A stretch of DNA of 64,000 nucleotides from Verrucomicrobiota bacterium (lineage in GTDB: Bacteria > Verrucomicrobiota > Verrucomicrobiia > Limisphaerales > Palsa-1400). Shown here piece by piece: positions 41,683-50,850 of this stretch (position 1 is the stretch's first letter; every line of letters starts with the position of its first letter). The stretch is taken from the NCBI GenBank assembly GCA_049510745.1, contig JBEKYR010000005.1:1-64000 (forward strand), given 5' to 3'. The notes beneath the pieces were generated by a model. That model saw only the letters and a list, made by a program, of their open reading frames with translations, was not told the origin of the DNA and did not search any database. Made by a program: the position numbers and the translations under genes.

Positions 41683-43776
41683 ATGCAAAAGTATTCAGCC
41701 CAGGACATCCGCAACTTTGCCATCGTCGGCCATGCGTCGTGCGGCAAAACCATGTTGAGCGAGGCCATGCTCGCCTGCGCCGGCGTCATCGGGCGGATGG
41801 GCCGCATCCAGGACGGCTCGACCGTTTCCGATTACCACGTCAGCGAAAAACAGCGCCAGATTTCCGTCCAGGCCTCCCTCCTGCGCGCCGAATGGATGGG
41901 GAAAAAGTTCAATTTCCTCGACACCCCCGGCTACCTGGACTTCATCAGCGAGGCCCTCAGCGCCTTGCGCGTGGCCGACTTCGCCGTGGTGGTCGTCCAT
42001 GCCCAGCATGGCATCGGCGTCGGCACCGAGCAGGTGTGGAAGTACGCCTCGGACTTTGGCATTCCAAAAATTCTGGTGGTCAACGCCATGGACAAGCTCA
42101 ATTCGCATTTCGACGAGGTGCTGGCGGCGGCGCGGGAGCATTACGGGCCGGGGGTGTTTCCGATGAACCTGCCGATCAACCCCGGCCCCGGCTTCAACCA
42201 GGTGCTCGACGTGCTGCGCAACGAGGTGGTCACCTACGACCTGGCCGGCGGACACGGGAAGTTCACCGAAATCCCCGCCACCGGCGAGTGGGAAGCCAGG
42301 GTCAAACAGCTTCACTCCGAACTCATCGAGCACATCGCTGAATCGGACGACACGCTCTTGAACAAGTTTTTCGACCAGGGCGGCCTGACCGAAGAGGAGT
42401 TCCGCTCCGGCATCCACACCGCCGTGCAGAGCCAGCATTTCATCCCCTTGTTCTGCACGGCGGCGGAAACCAACGTCGGCGTCGCCCGGTTGATGGATTT
42501 CATCGCCAAGTACGGCTCCTCCCCGGCTGATCGCAAGCGCTATGCCGCCATCGACGCCGACGGCGCCGTGGCGGAAGTCCGCCTGACGGACCCCGAACCG
42601 GTGGCGTACATCTTCAAGACCATGGCCGAAACCCATTTTGGCGAGCTGTCCTTTTTCCGCGTTTATTCCGGCGCGCTCCGCTCGGGCATGGAACTCTTCA
42701 ACGCCGACCGCCACACCACCGAGCGCATCGGGCAGATTTACCTCCTCAACGGCCGCGACCGCGCCACCACCGATGAATTGCCCGCCGGCGACATCGGCGC
42801 GGTTGTCAAGCTCAAAGACACCCACACCGGCAACACCCTCTGCGCCGCCTCGCGCCCGGTCAGATTGGCCAAGGTCCAGTACCCGGAGCCGACCATCCAC
42901 GCCTCCTTGCAGGTCATGGTCAAGGGCGAGGAAGACAAGGTGGCGGCGGGCATGGCGGCGCTGCACGAGGAAGACCCGACCTTTCTCCACCAGGTCGATT
43001 CGGAATTGCACCAGACGATCATCTCGGCCCAGGGCGAGCTGCACCTGGAAGTCATTGTGGACCGCCTGCGCCGGCGCTTCAACGCCCACGTCGAGTTGGG
43101 CGAGCCGCGCGTGCCGTACCGGGAAACGATCAAGGCGCCGGGCGATTCCAAGTATCGGCACAAGAAACAAACCGGCGGGGCCGGCCAATTCGCCGAGGTC
43201 TGGATGAAAATCGAGCCGCTCCCGCGGGATTCGGGCGTCGAATTCACCGAATCGCTCGCCGGCCAGAACGTGGACCGCGTCTATGTGCCCTCCGTCGAGC
43301 AAGGGGTCGAGAACGCCTGCCGCGAAGGCATCCTGGCCGGCTACAAAGTCGTGGACGTGAAGATCGATTTTTACGACGGCAAGATGCACCCGGTCGATTC
43401 CAAGGACATCGCCTTCCAGATTGCCGGTTATTTTGCCTTCAAGGAATCCTTCCTCAAAGGCCGCCCCTGCCTGCTGGAGCCGATTTACCACATCGAAGTC
43501 CGCATCCCCGAAGATTGCCTGGGCAAAGTCATGGGCGACATCTCCAGCCGCCGGGGCCGGATTCTGGGCATCGACGCCGAGGGCAAATTCCAGGTCATCC
43601 GCGCCCAGGTGCCGGCCCGCGAACTCTACAAGTATTCCAGCGTCATCCGCTCCCTCACCGGGGGCCGCGGCCTGCACAGCGAGCGCCTGGACCATTACTC
43701 GGAAATGCCGCGCGAACTGGAGCAGAAGGTCATCGAGGAAGCCAAAAAGCGCAAGGCCGAAGCCCAGACAAAATAA
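41683..43776 (+). CDS. Elongation factor G paralog (EF-G2-like) with altered GTPase motifs
   Basis: Full EF-G architecture (GELHLE, PYRETI, HKKQTGGAGQFA, HPVDS). G-motifs read GHASCGKT / RQISV / DTPGY / NAMD. Confidence 0.9.
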   Translation: MQKYSAQDIRNFAIVGHASCGKTMLSEAMLACAGVIGRMGRIQDGSTVSDYHVSEKQRQISVQASLLRAEWMGKKFNFLDTPGYLDFISEALSALRVADFAVVVVHAQHGIGVGTEQVWKYASDFGIPKILVVNAMDKLNSHFDEVLAAAREHYGPGVFPMNLPINPGPGFNQVLDVLRNEVVTYDLAGGHGKFTEIPATGEWEARVKQLHSELIEHIAESDDTLLNKFFDQGGLTEEEFRSGIHTAVQSQHFIPLFCTAAETNVGVARLMDFIAKYGSSPADRKRYAAIDADGAVAEVRLTDPEPVAYIFKTMAETHFGELSFFRVYSGALRSGMELFNADRHTTERIGQIYLLNGRDRATTDELPAGDIGAVVKLKDTHTGNTLCAASRPVRLAKVQYPEPTIHASLQVMVKGEEDKVAAGMAALHEEDPTFLHQVDSELHQTIISAQGELHLEVIVDRLRRRFNAHVELGEPRVPYRETIKAPGDSKYRHKKQTGGAGQFAEVWMKIEPLPRDSGVEFTESLAGQNVDRVYVPSVEQGVENACREGILAGYKVVDVKIDFYDGKMHPVDSKDIAFQIAGYFAFKESFLKGRPCLLEPIYHIEVRIPEDCLGKVMGDISSRRGRILGIDAEGKFQVIRAQVPARELYKYSSVIRSLTGGRGLHSERLDHYSEMPRELEQKVIEEAKKRKAEAQTK

Positions 43777-43786
43777 TGCCGGCGGC

Positions 43787-44680
43787 ATGAAAATTCTTTT
43801 ACACGCGCTTCTTGGTATTATTCTCGCCGGGCAGATGGCCCTGCCCGCCCAATCTTCGCCGCCGCAATCGCCGATGCCCCTGTGGCCCGACGGCGCTCCG
43901 GGCGCGCTGGGCGCCGGCTCCAACGACATCCCCACCCTCACGGCGTTCCTGCCGCCGGCGGATTCCGCGACCGGCGCGGCGATGGTGATTTGCCCCGGCG
44001 GCGGCTACGGCGCGCTGGCGCCGCACGAGGGCCGGGATTACGCCCGCTGGCTCAACGACCAGGGCATCGCCGGATTTGTGCTCAAATACCGCCTCGGCAC
44101 CGCCGGCTACCGTCACCCGCGCATGTTGGAGGATGCCGCCCGCGCCGTGCGGACGGTCCGTTTCCGTGCCGCGGAGTGGAAGCTGGACACCAACCGCATC
44201 GGCATCATCGGCTCGTCCGCCGGAGGACATCTGGCGTCCACATTGTTGACACATTTTGACACGGGCCGGGCCGACGCGGCCGACCCGGTGGACCGGGTGA
44301 ACTGCCGGCCGGACCTCGGGGTGCTGTGTTATCCGGTGATTTCGATGGGTGAAATCTCGCACCACGGCTCGCGCGACAATTTGCTCGGCACGAACGCCTC
44401 CCCGGAATTGATCCGGGAACTTTCCAACGAACTGCATGTCACCCCCCAAACCCCGCCGTGCTTCCTCTTCCACACCGACGAAGACAAAGCGGTGCCGGTG
44501 GAAAACAGCCTGATGTTTGCCGCGGCCCTGCGGCGCGCCGGCGTGCCCTTTGAGTTGCACATTTACCAAAAAGGCCCGCACGGCATCGGCCTGGGCAGCA
44601 AAACCTATGATCCGTCCAATTGGCATCCCTGGACCCATGATGCCCGCGTCTGGCTCAAGCAACAGGGATTTGGCAAATAA
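43787..44680 (+). CDS. Exported alpha/beta hydrolase (carbohydrate esterase-like)
   Basis: PGGGY oxyanion motif, GSSAGG nucleophile, DKAV and HG triad residues. Confidence 0.88.
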   Translation: MKILLHALLGIILAGQMALPAQSSPPQSPMPLWPDGAPGALGAGSNDIPTLTAFLPPADSATGAAMVICPGGGYGALAPHEGRDYARWLNDQGIAGFVLKYRLGTAGYRHPRMLEDAARAVRTVRFRAAEWKLDTNRIGIIGSSAGGHLASTLLTHFDTGRADAADPVDRVNCRPDLGVLCYPVISMGEISHHGSRDNLLGTNASPELIRELSNELHVTPQTPPCFLFHTDEDKAVPVENSLMFAAALRRAGVPFELHIYQKGPHGIGLGSKTYDPSNWHPWTHDARVWLKQQGFGK

Positions 44681-44795
44681 CGGATGGGAAAAGAATGCTG
44701 GAAATGCGGCGGCGGTGCGCTACACTGCCCTTGATGAATTTCCGGACCCGTTTCTTTCCCGGCAATCGCGCCGGGCTTGGCACGGAATCCGCTGA

Positions 44796-45416
44796 ATGGA
44801 GAACGTGATTATGATTCGTACTTTGGCGCTGACAGTGGTGGCGGGGAGCATGCTGGTTTCTTGCCAGTCGGACACTCCGTATCAACCCTCCACCAAACCC
44901 GAGAAGATCGAGTTTGAACACGCGCGACGGACGGTTTACCCCGACGACGTGCGCACCAACCTCGATCACTTTACCAACACGCTGGTGGCCTGGGTCGGCA
45001 TCATCAAGAGTGCCGACGCCGTCGAGGAAGACCCGGACGGCAAAATCCACGCCGTCACGCTCCTTGAGCACCACTATTTCGATTGGCAAAAAGACAAGAA
45101 ATTGGACGGCGTCCACTTGCTCGTTTCCCCCGCGGGCGAGGGCCGCTTTCGCTCCGACCTGCATTTGCGCAAAACGACCCAGGACGCCACCAGTTACGAC
45201 GCGGAAAAGTACCTCGGCCGGGGCAAGCTGGCCGTCGTGTACGGCGTGCCGCAAGCGGTGGACCCGGATGGGACCGTTGTTTTGAAGTACCGTTATCTGC
45301 GCGTTTTCGGGCGCGGCCATTACAACACCAATGAACTGGAGTATGGCCGCCTGGGCCAGCCTTACCATCCCGCCGACTGTTGCGCCGAACCCCCGGATCA
45401 CTCCCAGACGCCCTGA
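44796..45416 (+). CDS. Lipoprotein (weak resemblance to the Slp family)
   Basis: Lipobox-like MLVSC after a hydrophobic stretch; VAWVGII motif. The start may be ATG 44811. Confidence 0.6.
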   Translation: MENVIMIRTLALTVVAGSMLVSCQSDTPYQPSTKPEKIEFEHARRTVYPDDVRTNLDHFTNTLVAWVGIIKSADAVEEDPDGKIHAVTLLEHHYFDWQKDKKLDGVHLLVSPAGEGRFRSDLHLRKTTQDATSYDAEKYLGRGKLAVVYGVPQAVDPDGTVVLKYRYLRVFGRGHYNTNELEYGRLGQPYHPADCCAEPPDHSQTP

Positions 45417-45473
45417 CGGTCCGGGATTACTTTGCCATTTGAACTTCGCCCGCCGTTGGCCTATAACCAGCGC

Positions 45474-46403
45474 GTGTCCGACGCACCCAAAGACTCCCTT
45501 GACGCCTCCACCCGTTATTGCGCCGTCTTCGGACATCCCATTCGGCACTCGGCTTCCCCGGCCATGCAAAACGCCGCCCTGGCCGCCCTGCGCCTCAATT
45601 GGCGCTACCTCGCCTTCGACGTTCTCCCCGGCCAACTGCGCGCCGCCATCGACGGCGCCCGCGTCATGGGCTTCATCGGCCTGAACCTGACCGTGCCCCA
45701 CAAACTCCTCGCGGCGGACATGGTGGACCTCCTGGACGACCAGGCCCGAACCTCGGGGGCCGTCAATACCATTGTCTTTGAGACGCGCGACGGCGCCGGC
45801 AACTGGGTCCCGCTGGCGGGCGTCCCAGCCGGGCAGGCAGCAGAAGTGCGCTGCCGCGGCTGCAATACGGACGCCGACGCGATTGTGCGCTCCCTCCAGG
45901 AGGATTTCGCCCGCGAAAGCTGGCGCGGCGCGTCGGTGCTCTTGCTGGGCGCGGGCGGCGCGGCGCGGACAGCGGCCTTGCGCCTGGCGCGCGAAGCCGT
46001 CGGCGCGCTTTTCCTTGTCAACCGCACCGCCGCGCGGGCGGCGGAGTTGGCGCGGGAAATTCGCCGGGAATATCCGGCCGTCGGCGTGGCAGAGGGGTAT
46101 CCCGGCCATCCGGTCGATTTGGTCATCAACGCCACTTCCCTCGGCTTGAAGCCGGACGACCCGCTGCCCATCGACCTGGCATGGCTGAAATCGCACCGGC
46201 CGCAATTCGTCTATGACATGATTTATCGCCCCGCGGAAACGGGCCTGCTGCGCGCGGCCCGCGCCGCCGGGTGCCGCGCCGCCAACGGCGCCGGCATGCT
46301 CCTCTACCAGGGCGCGCGCGCCCTGGAACTGTGGACGGGCCGTCCCGCCCCGCTGGCCGTGATGCGCGAGGCGCTGCGCAAAAACCTTGAATCCTATGTT
46401 TGA
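45474..46403 (+). CDS. aroE: Shikimate dehydrogenase
   Basis: GHPIRHSASPAMQN, NLTVPHK, GAVNT, NTD, GAGGAAR, NATSLG, DMIY; GTG start at 45474. Confidence 0.95.
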   Translation: MSDAPKDSLDASTRYCAVFGHPIRHSASPAMQNAALAALRLNWRYLAFDVLPGQLRAAIDGARVMGFIGLNLTVPHKLLAADMVDLLDDQARTSGAVNTIVFETRDGAGNWVPLAGVPAGQAAEVRCRGCNTDADAIVRSLQEDFARESWRGASVLLLGAGGAARTAALRLAREAVGALFLVNRTAARAAELAREIRREYPAVGVAEGYPGHPVDLVINATSLGLKPDDPLPIDLAWLKSHRPQFVYDMIYRPAETGLLRAARAAGCRAANGAGMLLYQGARALELWTGRPAPLAVMREALRKNLESYV

Positions 46404-47505
46404 CCCGAAAATCTGGGCGCAGGTCCCGTTCCAGTTTTGGACGCTGTGCTTCTTTGTCTTTGGCGCCGTCGCGGGGAGCTTCCTGAACGTTTGCATCTGC
46501 CGCCTGCCCCGCGGCGAAAGCGTCGTGCGTCCCCCCTCCCATTGCCCGCATTGCGGCTATACCATCCCGTGGCATTTGAACATTCCCCTGGTGACGTGGT
46601 TGTGGCTGCGCGCCCGCTGCGCCCATTGCGGCCGCGAAATCTCCGTCCGCTACTTTCTGGTCGAGCTTCTGACCGCGACGGTGTTCGCCTCGTGCTGGCT
46701 GCGTTTCGGCCATGCCTCGGCCGGACTGGCGGCCGTCTATTGCCTGTTCATCGCCGGGTTGATTGCGGCGGCCTTCATTGATTTGGAACATTTCATCATC
46801 CCGGACGAAATCACCATCGGCGGCATGGTGGCGGGCGGCTTGCTGGCCCTCCTTGTGCCCGCGACCCATCTGCGCTTTCCCTTTCTCTTGCCGGCGCGAA
46901 CACCGGTGGCGGGGATGCGCGAAAGCCTCTTGGGGATGGCCGTCGGCGCGGCGCTCATTTATGCGATTCTGCGCCTGGGCAAACTCCTCTTTGGCCGCTA
47001 CAAACTTCACTTCGCCCCTCCCACCCGCCTTCTCTTCACCGAAACGACGCTGCACCTGCCCGGCCAGGACATCCCCTACGAGGAACTGTTCTATCGCCCC
47101 AACGACACGATCCAATTGGAGGCCGAGCAGGTCGAATTGATCGATCGTTGCTACCGCAAGGTCGAAATCCGGCTCCAACCCAGGCAATTGCGCATCGGCC
47201 AGGACGCCTTTGAACCGGAGAAAGTGCCGCACATGGAAGCGGTGGCCGACCACATTGTGCTGCCGCGCGAAGCGATGGGATTGGGGGACGTGAAATTCAT
47301 GGCGGCCATCGGGGCGTTTTTGGGCTGGCCGGCGGTGGTGTATTCGCTGGCCCTCAGTTCGATCATCGGCTCGCTCGTCGGCGTGGCCCTGATCCTCTTG
47401 CGCAAGCGCGATTGGTCCGCCCGTTTGCAGTACGGCCCCTTCATCGCCCTGGCGGCGGTGATCTGGATCTTCGGCGGCTACAAGTGGATTCGAGGTCTAT
47501 TCTAG
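46396..47505 (+). CDS. pilD: Prepilin peptidase (A24) with an internal insertion
   Basis: GSFLNVCICRLP, SHCPHC..RCAHC, FIDLEHFIIPD, MGLGDVK, YGPFI. Confidence 0.92.
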   Translation: MFDPKIWAQVPFQFWTLCFFVFGAVAGSFLNVCICRLPRGESVVRPPSHCPHCGYTIPWHLNIPLVTWLWLRARCAHCGREISVRYFLVELLTATVFASCWLRFGHASAGLAAVYCLFIAGLIAAAFIDLEHFIIPDEITIGGMVAGGLLALLVPATHLRFPFLLPARTPVAGMRESLLGMAVGAALIYAILRLGKLLFGRYKLHFAPPTRLLFTETTLHLPGQDIPYEELFYRPNDTIQLEAEQVELIDRCYRKVEIRLQPRQLRIGQDAFEPEKVPHMEAVADHIVLPREAMGLGDVKFMAAIGAFLGWPAVVYSLALSSIIGSLVGVALILLRKRDWSARLQYGPFIALAAVIWIFGGYKWIRGLF

Positions 47506-47509
47506 CCCC

Positions 47510-49177
47510 TCAGGGCCGCGCCCGGTCCAGGAGTTCTTCGGCGTGGCGGCGGGCCGCTTCGGTGTGGCCGCCGAGCATGCGGGTCAGTTCGTCAACTCGC
47601 TCCGCGCCATCCAGGGGCGTGATTTCGGAAATCGTGCGCCCGGCTTCAGTGCGCTTGGTCACCACAAAATGCGAGCGGGCGCCGGCCGCGATGGCCGGCA
47701 AATGCGTGATGCAAATCACCTGCCGACGCCGCGCGATCTCCGCCATTTTTCCCCCAACCGCAACGGCCGTTTCGCCCCCGACGTTGGCGTCGATTTCATC
47801 GAAAACCAGCAGCGGAATTTCGTCTTCCGCGGCCAAAACGGTTTTCAACGCCAGCATGACCCGCGACATTTCCCCGGATGAAGCGATGGCGCGCAAGGGC
47901 CGCGCCGGCTCGCCGGCGTTGGGGGCGAACTGAAATTCGATTTCGTCCAGGCCGGCGGACGTGAACGTTTCGCCGGCGCGCTGCGTAATCTCAAAATGGC
48001 TCCGCTGAAAACCCAGGCCCCGCAGTTGTTGCATGGCGGCCCTGGCCAATTTGGGAATCGCCTGGCGTCGTTGCGCGGAGAGTTCCTGCCCGGAACGCAG
48101 CAGTTCCTGGCGCCGTTTTTCCAGTTCCCCGTTGAGGCGGGCCAGTTCGGCGTCCCGGCCTTCCAGTTGGCGCAATTTGGTTTGCGCCCCGGCGCCAAAC
48201 GCGATCACTTCGGCCAGCGTCGCGCCGTATTTGCGCCGGAGGGCCTGGAGCAGATTGACCCGCTCTTCCAACTGCCGCAAGCGCGCCGGATCGACCTCGA
48301 CGGTGTCGGCGTAACGGCGCAAGGCGGATTGCAACTCGGCCCAGGCGGCGGCGGCCTGTTCGTGGGCGGCCAGCAAGGGGGCGGCGCCGGGGTCGAGGCG
48401 TTGCAGCGCTTGCAGGGTGCGGCCCAATTCGCCGGCCTGGCGCAGGAGCGAATCGTCCTGCTCGGCCAGAAGAGTGAGCGCGGCCTGGCACAATTCGAGC
48501 AAGCGGGCGGCGTTGCTGGCCCGCGCGAAATCCTGTCCGACCCGCTCCTCCTCCTCCGGTTGCAACTTCGCGGCGGAAATCTCGTCTGCCTGGAAGCGCA
48601 ACAGGTCCAGTTGTTGCGCGTAAGCGCGTTCATCGACGATGAGGGCGGCCTTCTGCGCCTCCAACTCGTGCGTTTGGCGGAAAAGCGCGGCGAACTTCTC
48701 GCGCGCCGGCTGGAGGCCGGCGAACGCGTCCAGGATGCTCAACTGCCGCGCGGGGTGGAGCAGGGATTGATGCTCGTGCGGGCCGTGCATATCGACCAGT
48801 TCCAGCCCGATGGCGGCGAGGACCTGGAGGGTGGTGGGCGAACCGTTGACGAACTGGCGGTTGGCGCCGGCGGCGGTAAAGACGCGCTTGAGAATCAATT
48901 GATTTTCCGCGCACGGCTCCAGGCCGTTTTGTTCAAGCAGTTTTTCCACCACGCCGCGTCCCGGCTCGAGTTCAAAGACCGCCTCGACCGAGCAACTGTC
49001 GCATCCGGCGCGCAGCAGGGTGCGGTCGGCCCGTTCGCCCAGCAGGAGGTTGAGGGCGCCGATGATGATGGATTTGCCCGCGCCTGTTTCGCCGGTGATG
49101 ACGTTGAACCCGGCCTGGAGAGACAGCGTGAGATCGGAAACCAGGGCCAGATTCTTAATGCGCAACGTGCTCAACAT
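47510..49177 (-). CDS. recN: DNA repair protein RecN
   Basis: ITGETGAGKS, coiled coil, IASSGEMSR, LVFDEIDANVGG, ICITHLP. Confidence 0.96.
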   Translation of the reverse strand: MLSTLRIKNLALVSDLTLSLQAGFNVITGETGAGKSIIIGALNLLLGERADRTLLRAGCDSCSVEAVFELEPGRGVVEKLLEQNGLEPCAENQLILKRVFTAAGANRQFVNGSPTTLQVLAAIGLELVDMHGPHEHQSLLHPARQLSILDAFAGLQPAREKFAALFRQTHELEAQKAALIVDERAYAQQLDLLRFQADEISAAKLQPEEEERVGQDFARASNAARLLELCQAALTLLAEQDDSLLRQAGELGRTLQALQRLDPGAAPLLAAHEQAAAAWAELQSALRRYADTVEVDPARLRQLEERVNLLQALRRKYGATLAEVIAFGAGAQTKLRQLEGRDAELARLNGELEKRRQELLRSGQELSAQRRQAIPKLARAAMQQLRGLGFQRSHFEITQRAGETFTSAGLDEIEFQFAPNAGEPARPLRAIASSGEMSRVMLALKTVLAAEDEIPLLVFDEIDANVGGETAVAVGGKMAEIARRRQVICITHLPAIAAGARSHFVVTKRTEAGRTISEITPLDGAERVDELTRMLGGHTEAARRHAEELLDRARP

Positions 49178-49262
49178 GGCGGCAGGCCAAACTTTAAGAG
49201 TCCAGCCTCGAAGTTCAAACCTTAAAAGCGCCCCTGCGCCGCCAAGCACCGCGGTTGCGTGA

Positions 49263-49682
49263 CTAAAGACCAATCGTCGCAAGAAAAACTCTAGGCGTTA
49301 CGATCAGGACGCCCCGGAATCCCTTGAGGGTGAGCAGGTCTTTGTCTCCCGTGACAATCGCTTGGGCTTGGCCGCCAACAGCGCACCGGAGCACAGGAAG
49401 GTCTTTCAAATCGCGCAACTCGGCAGGAGGTTGAAGGTCCGCCGGCTGAACGACCGTGGACAGCACCCGCTGTTTGGCCATCACTTCCGCCACCGTCCAC
49501 CCACGAACGCGCAGGCGCGGCTCCAGATGCGAACGGGACAAAACTTCCTCTAATTCAGCCAGCAATTCCTCACTCGTGAGCAGGTGAAAGCTCCGCCGCA
49601 ACGCCGCGTCAAGAAAAGTGGCCGGGGGTCCGGGCCAGATCAAACCAGACACCAGCACATTGGTGTCAGCGACTATTCTCAC
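49263..49682 (-). CDS. PIN-family putative toxin (PIN_3 type)
   Basis: VRIVADTNVLVSGL, RDLKDLPVLRCA, IVTGDKDLL; GTG start overlaps the upstream small gene. Confidence 0.88.
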   Translation of the reverse strand: MRIVADTNVLVSGLIWPGPPATFLDAALRRSFHLLTSEELLAELEEVLSRSHLEPRLRVRGWTVAEVMAKQRVLSTVVQPADLQPPAELRDLKDLPVLRCAVGGQAQAIVTGDKDLLTLKGFRGVLIVTPRVFLATIGL

Positions 49683-49920
49683 GTGGGGCGCGGCGCTCGG
49701 CGCGCACTTCATTTACGACGGCCTGGATTTCGTCCATCGTCATCGGTTCGTCAGGGTGCGCCCGCATCTGTTCCACCATCTCGCGGAAGTCCCGCATCGG
49801 CTTGTCGAGCTCGACCTCCCGCTCAACCAACTGCGTCAGCTTTCGCGGATCAAGCAGACCCTTGGCCTTGGCCTCGGCAGCCACAGCGTCCGGCAAATCC
49901 AGTTGGATCATGATGCTCAT
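49666..49920 (-). CDS. Putative antitoxin
   Basis: 84 aa ORF overlapping the PIN gene; LDLPDAVAAEAKAKGLL..MTMDEIQAVVNEVR. Confidence 0.75.
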   Translation of the reverse strand: MSIMIQLDLPDAVAAEAKAKGLLDPRKLTQLVEREVELDKPMRDFREMVEQMRAHPDEPMTMDEIQAVVNEVRAERRAPRENSR

Positions 49921-50253
49921 ATCGCTTCATTGGCCGGGCGATTCAGGAGCCAATCGACTCAACGACCCATTCACTCGGATCTGTATCCGACTGCTGTCGC
50001 TCGTGCCGCTGAAACTAAACACCTGTGGCGACCCAAAGTCAATCCGCGACCCGTAGGATGAAAGCGTGGCCCTTATTCACCGTGTCACCGGGCGGTTGAA
50101 AACCGGTCACTTGCGGGCACTTCAAAACCGGCCACTCCAAGGTGCTTTATTCATATCAGATTTCTTGATGCAAGCAATGGATTATCTCCTCCGCGACAGC
50201 GGGACTGACAGCGCCAACGGCAGTTGGCTCCGGCGATTTATTAGGCGGCTGGC

Positions 50254-50586
50254 TCATAAATCATCATCTGACCGATTGATAAACCAAATAATGCCACGAA
50301 TCACCGCGACAAAACCAAGCGGAATCAGCGGAAAAAACCATCGCAAATTCGGGTAATATCGTTTCAGGACAATCATGGCGACAAGACTGATGCCAATGAA
50401 AATAACCTCGAGCCAGATCAGATTCCGCGAAGTAAAACCCAAACGAACGTTTTCCAGCGCCTCATCTGGGAACATAATCACAACAGCAAATCCGAGAAAC
50501 ATCCAGCCATACCACGGCGTCATGCGCGAACCCAAATTGATCGATAACGCCATCATATTCTGTTGTGCTCGAAGTCGCCTAATCAA
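50254..50586 (-). CDS. Small AT-rich membrane protein (passenger; start uncertain)
   Basis: Three hydrophobic segments; composition differs from the flanking genes. Confidence 0.5.
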   Translation of the reverse strand: MIRRLRAQQNMMALSINLGSRMTPWYGWMFLGFAVVIMFPDEALENVRLGFTSRNLIWLEVIFIGISLVAMIVLKRYYPNLRWFFPLIPLGFVAVIRGIIWFINRSDDDL

Positions 50587-50691
50587 CTAAACCTTGCCTT
50601 GCGGGCAGTGTGACCGATTCGTAGCGAAAGTCGAGTGCTTTCCATAATCGTCAGCAGCGGAGTAAAACGAGCCGGGGCCGAGCTGGGAGTC

Positions 50692-50850
50692 TTAGCTCGC
50701 GGCCCCGGCGGTCGAAGGTTCGTTTGACTTCCGCTGCTTCTTGTTTTCCTGGCTCACCACCGGCGCCTCTTTGACACGATAACTTTTCCCGGTAATGGCG
50801 ATGACCTGGGCGTGATGCAGGAACCGGTCGAGGATGGCTGCTGCCGGGCC
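50692..50850 (-). pseudogene. istB: IstB ATPase C-terminal fragment
   Basis: Manual translation GPAAAILDRFLHHAQVIAITGKSYRVKEAPVVSQENKKQRKSNEPSTAGAAS*. AILDR..HH....G.SYR is the IstB signature. Confidence 0.85.

Larger units (their letters stand above)
50083..50850 (-). mobile_element. IS21-family remnant: istB 3' fragment, passenger ORF and right terminal repeat
   Basis: Terminus TGTCACCGGGCGGTTGAAAACCGGTCAC..TTCAAAACCGGCCACT (50083-50136) with duplicated internal repeats; IstB C-terminal peptide at 50692-50850. Confidence 0.8.

Noticed and set aside
44777..44793. Sigma-54-like site TTGGCACGGAATCCGCT before the lipoprotein gene
   Set aside because: GG/GC spacing fits but the -12 match is weak and the site crowds the start codon; not enough support.
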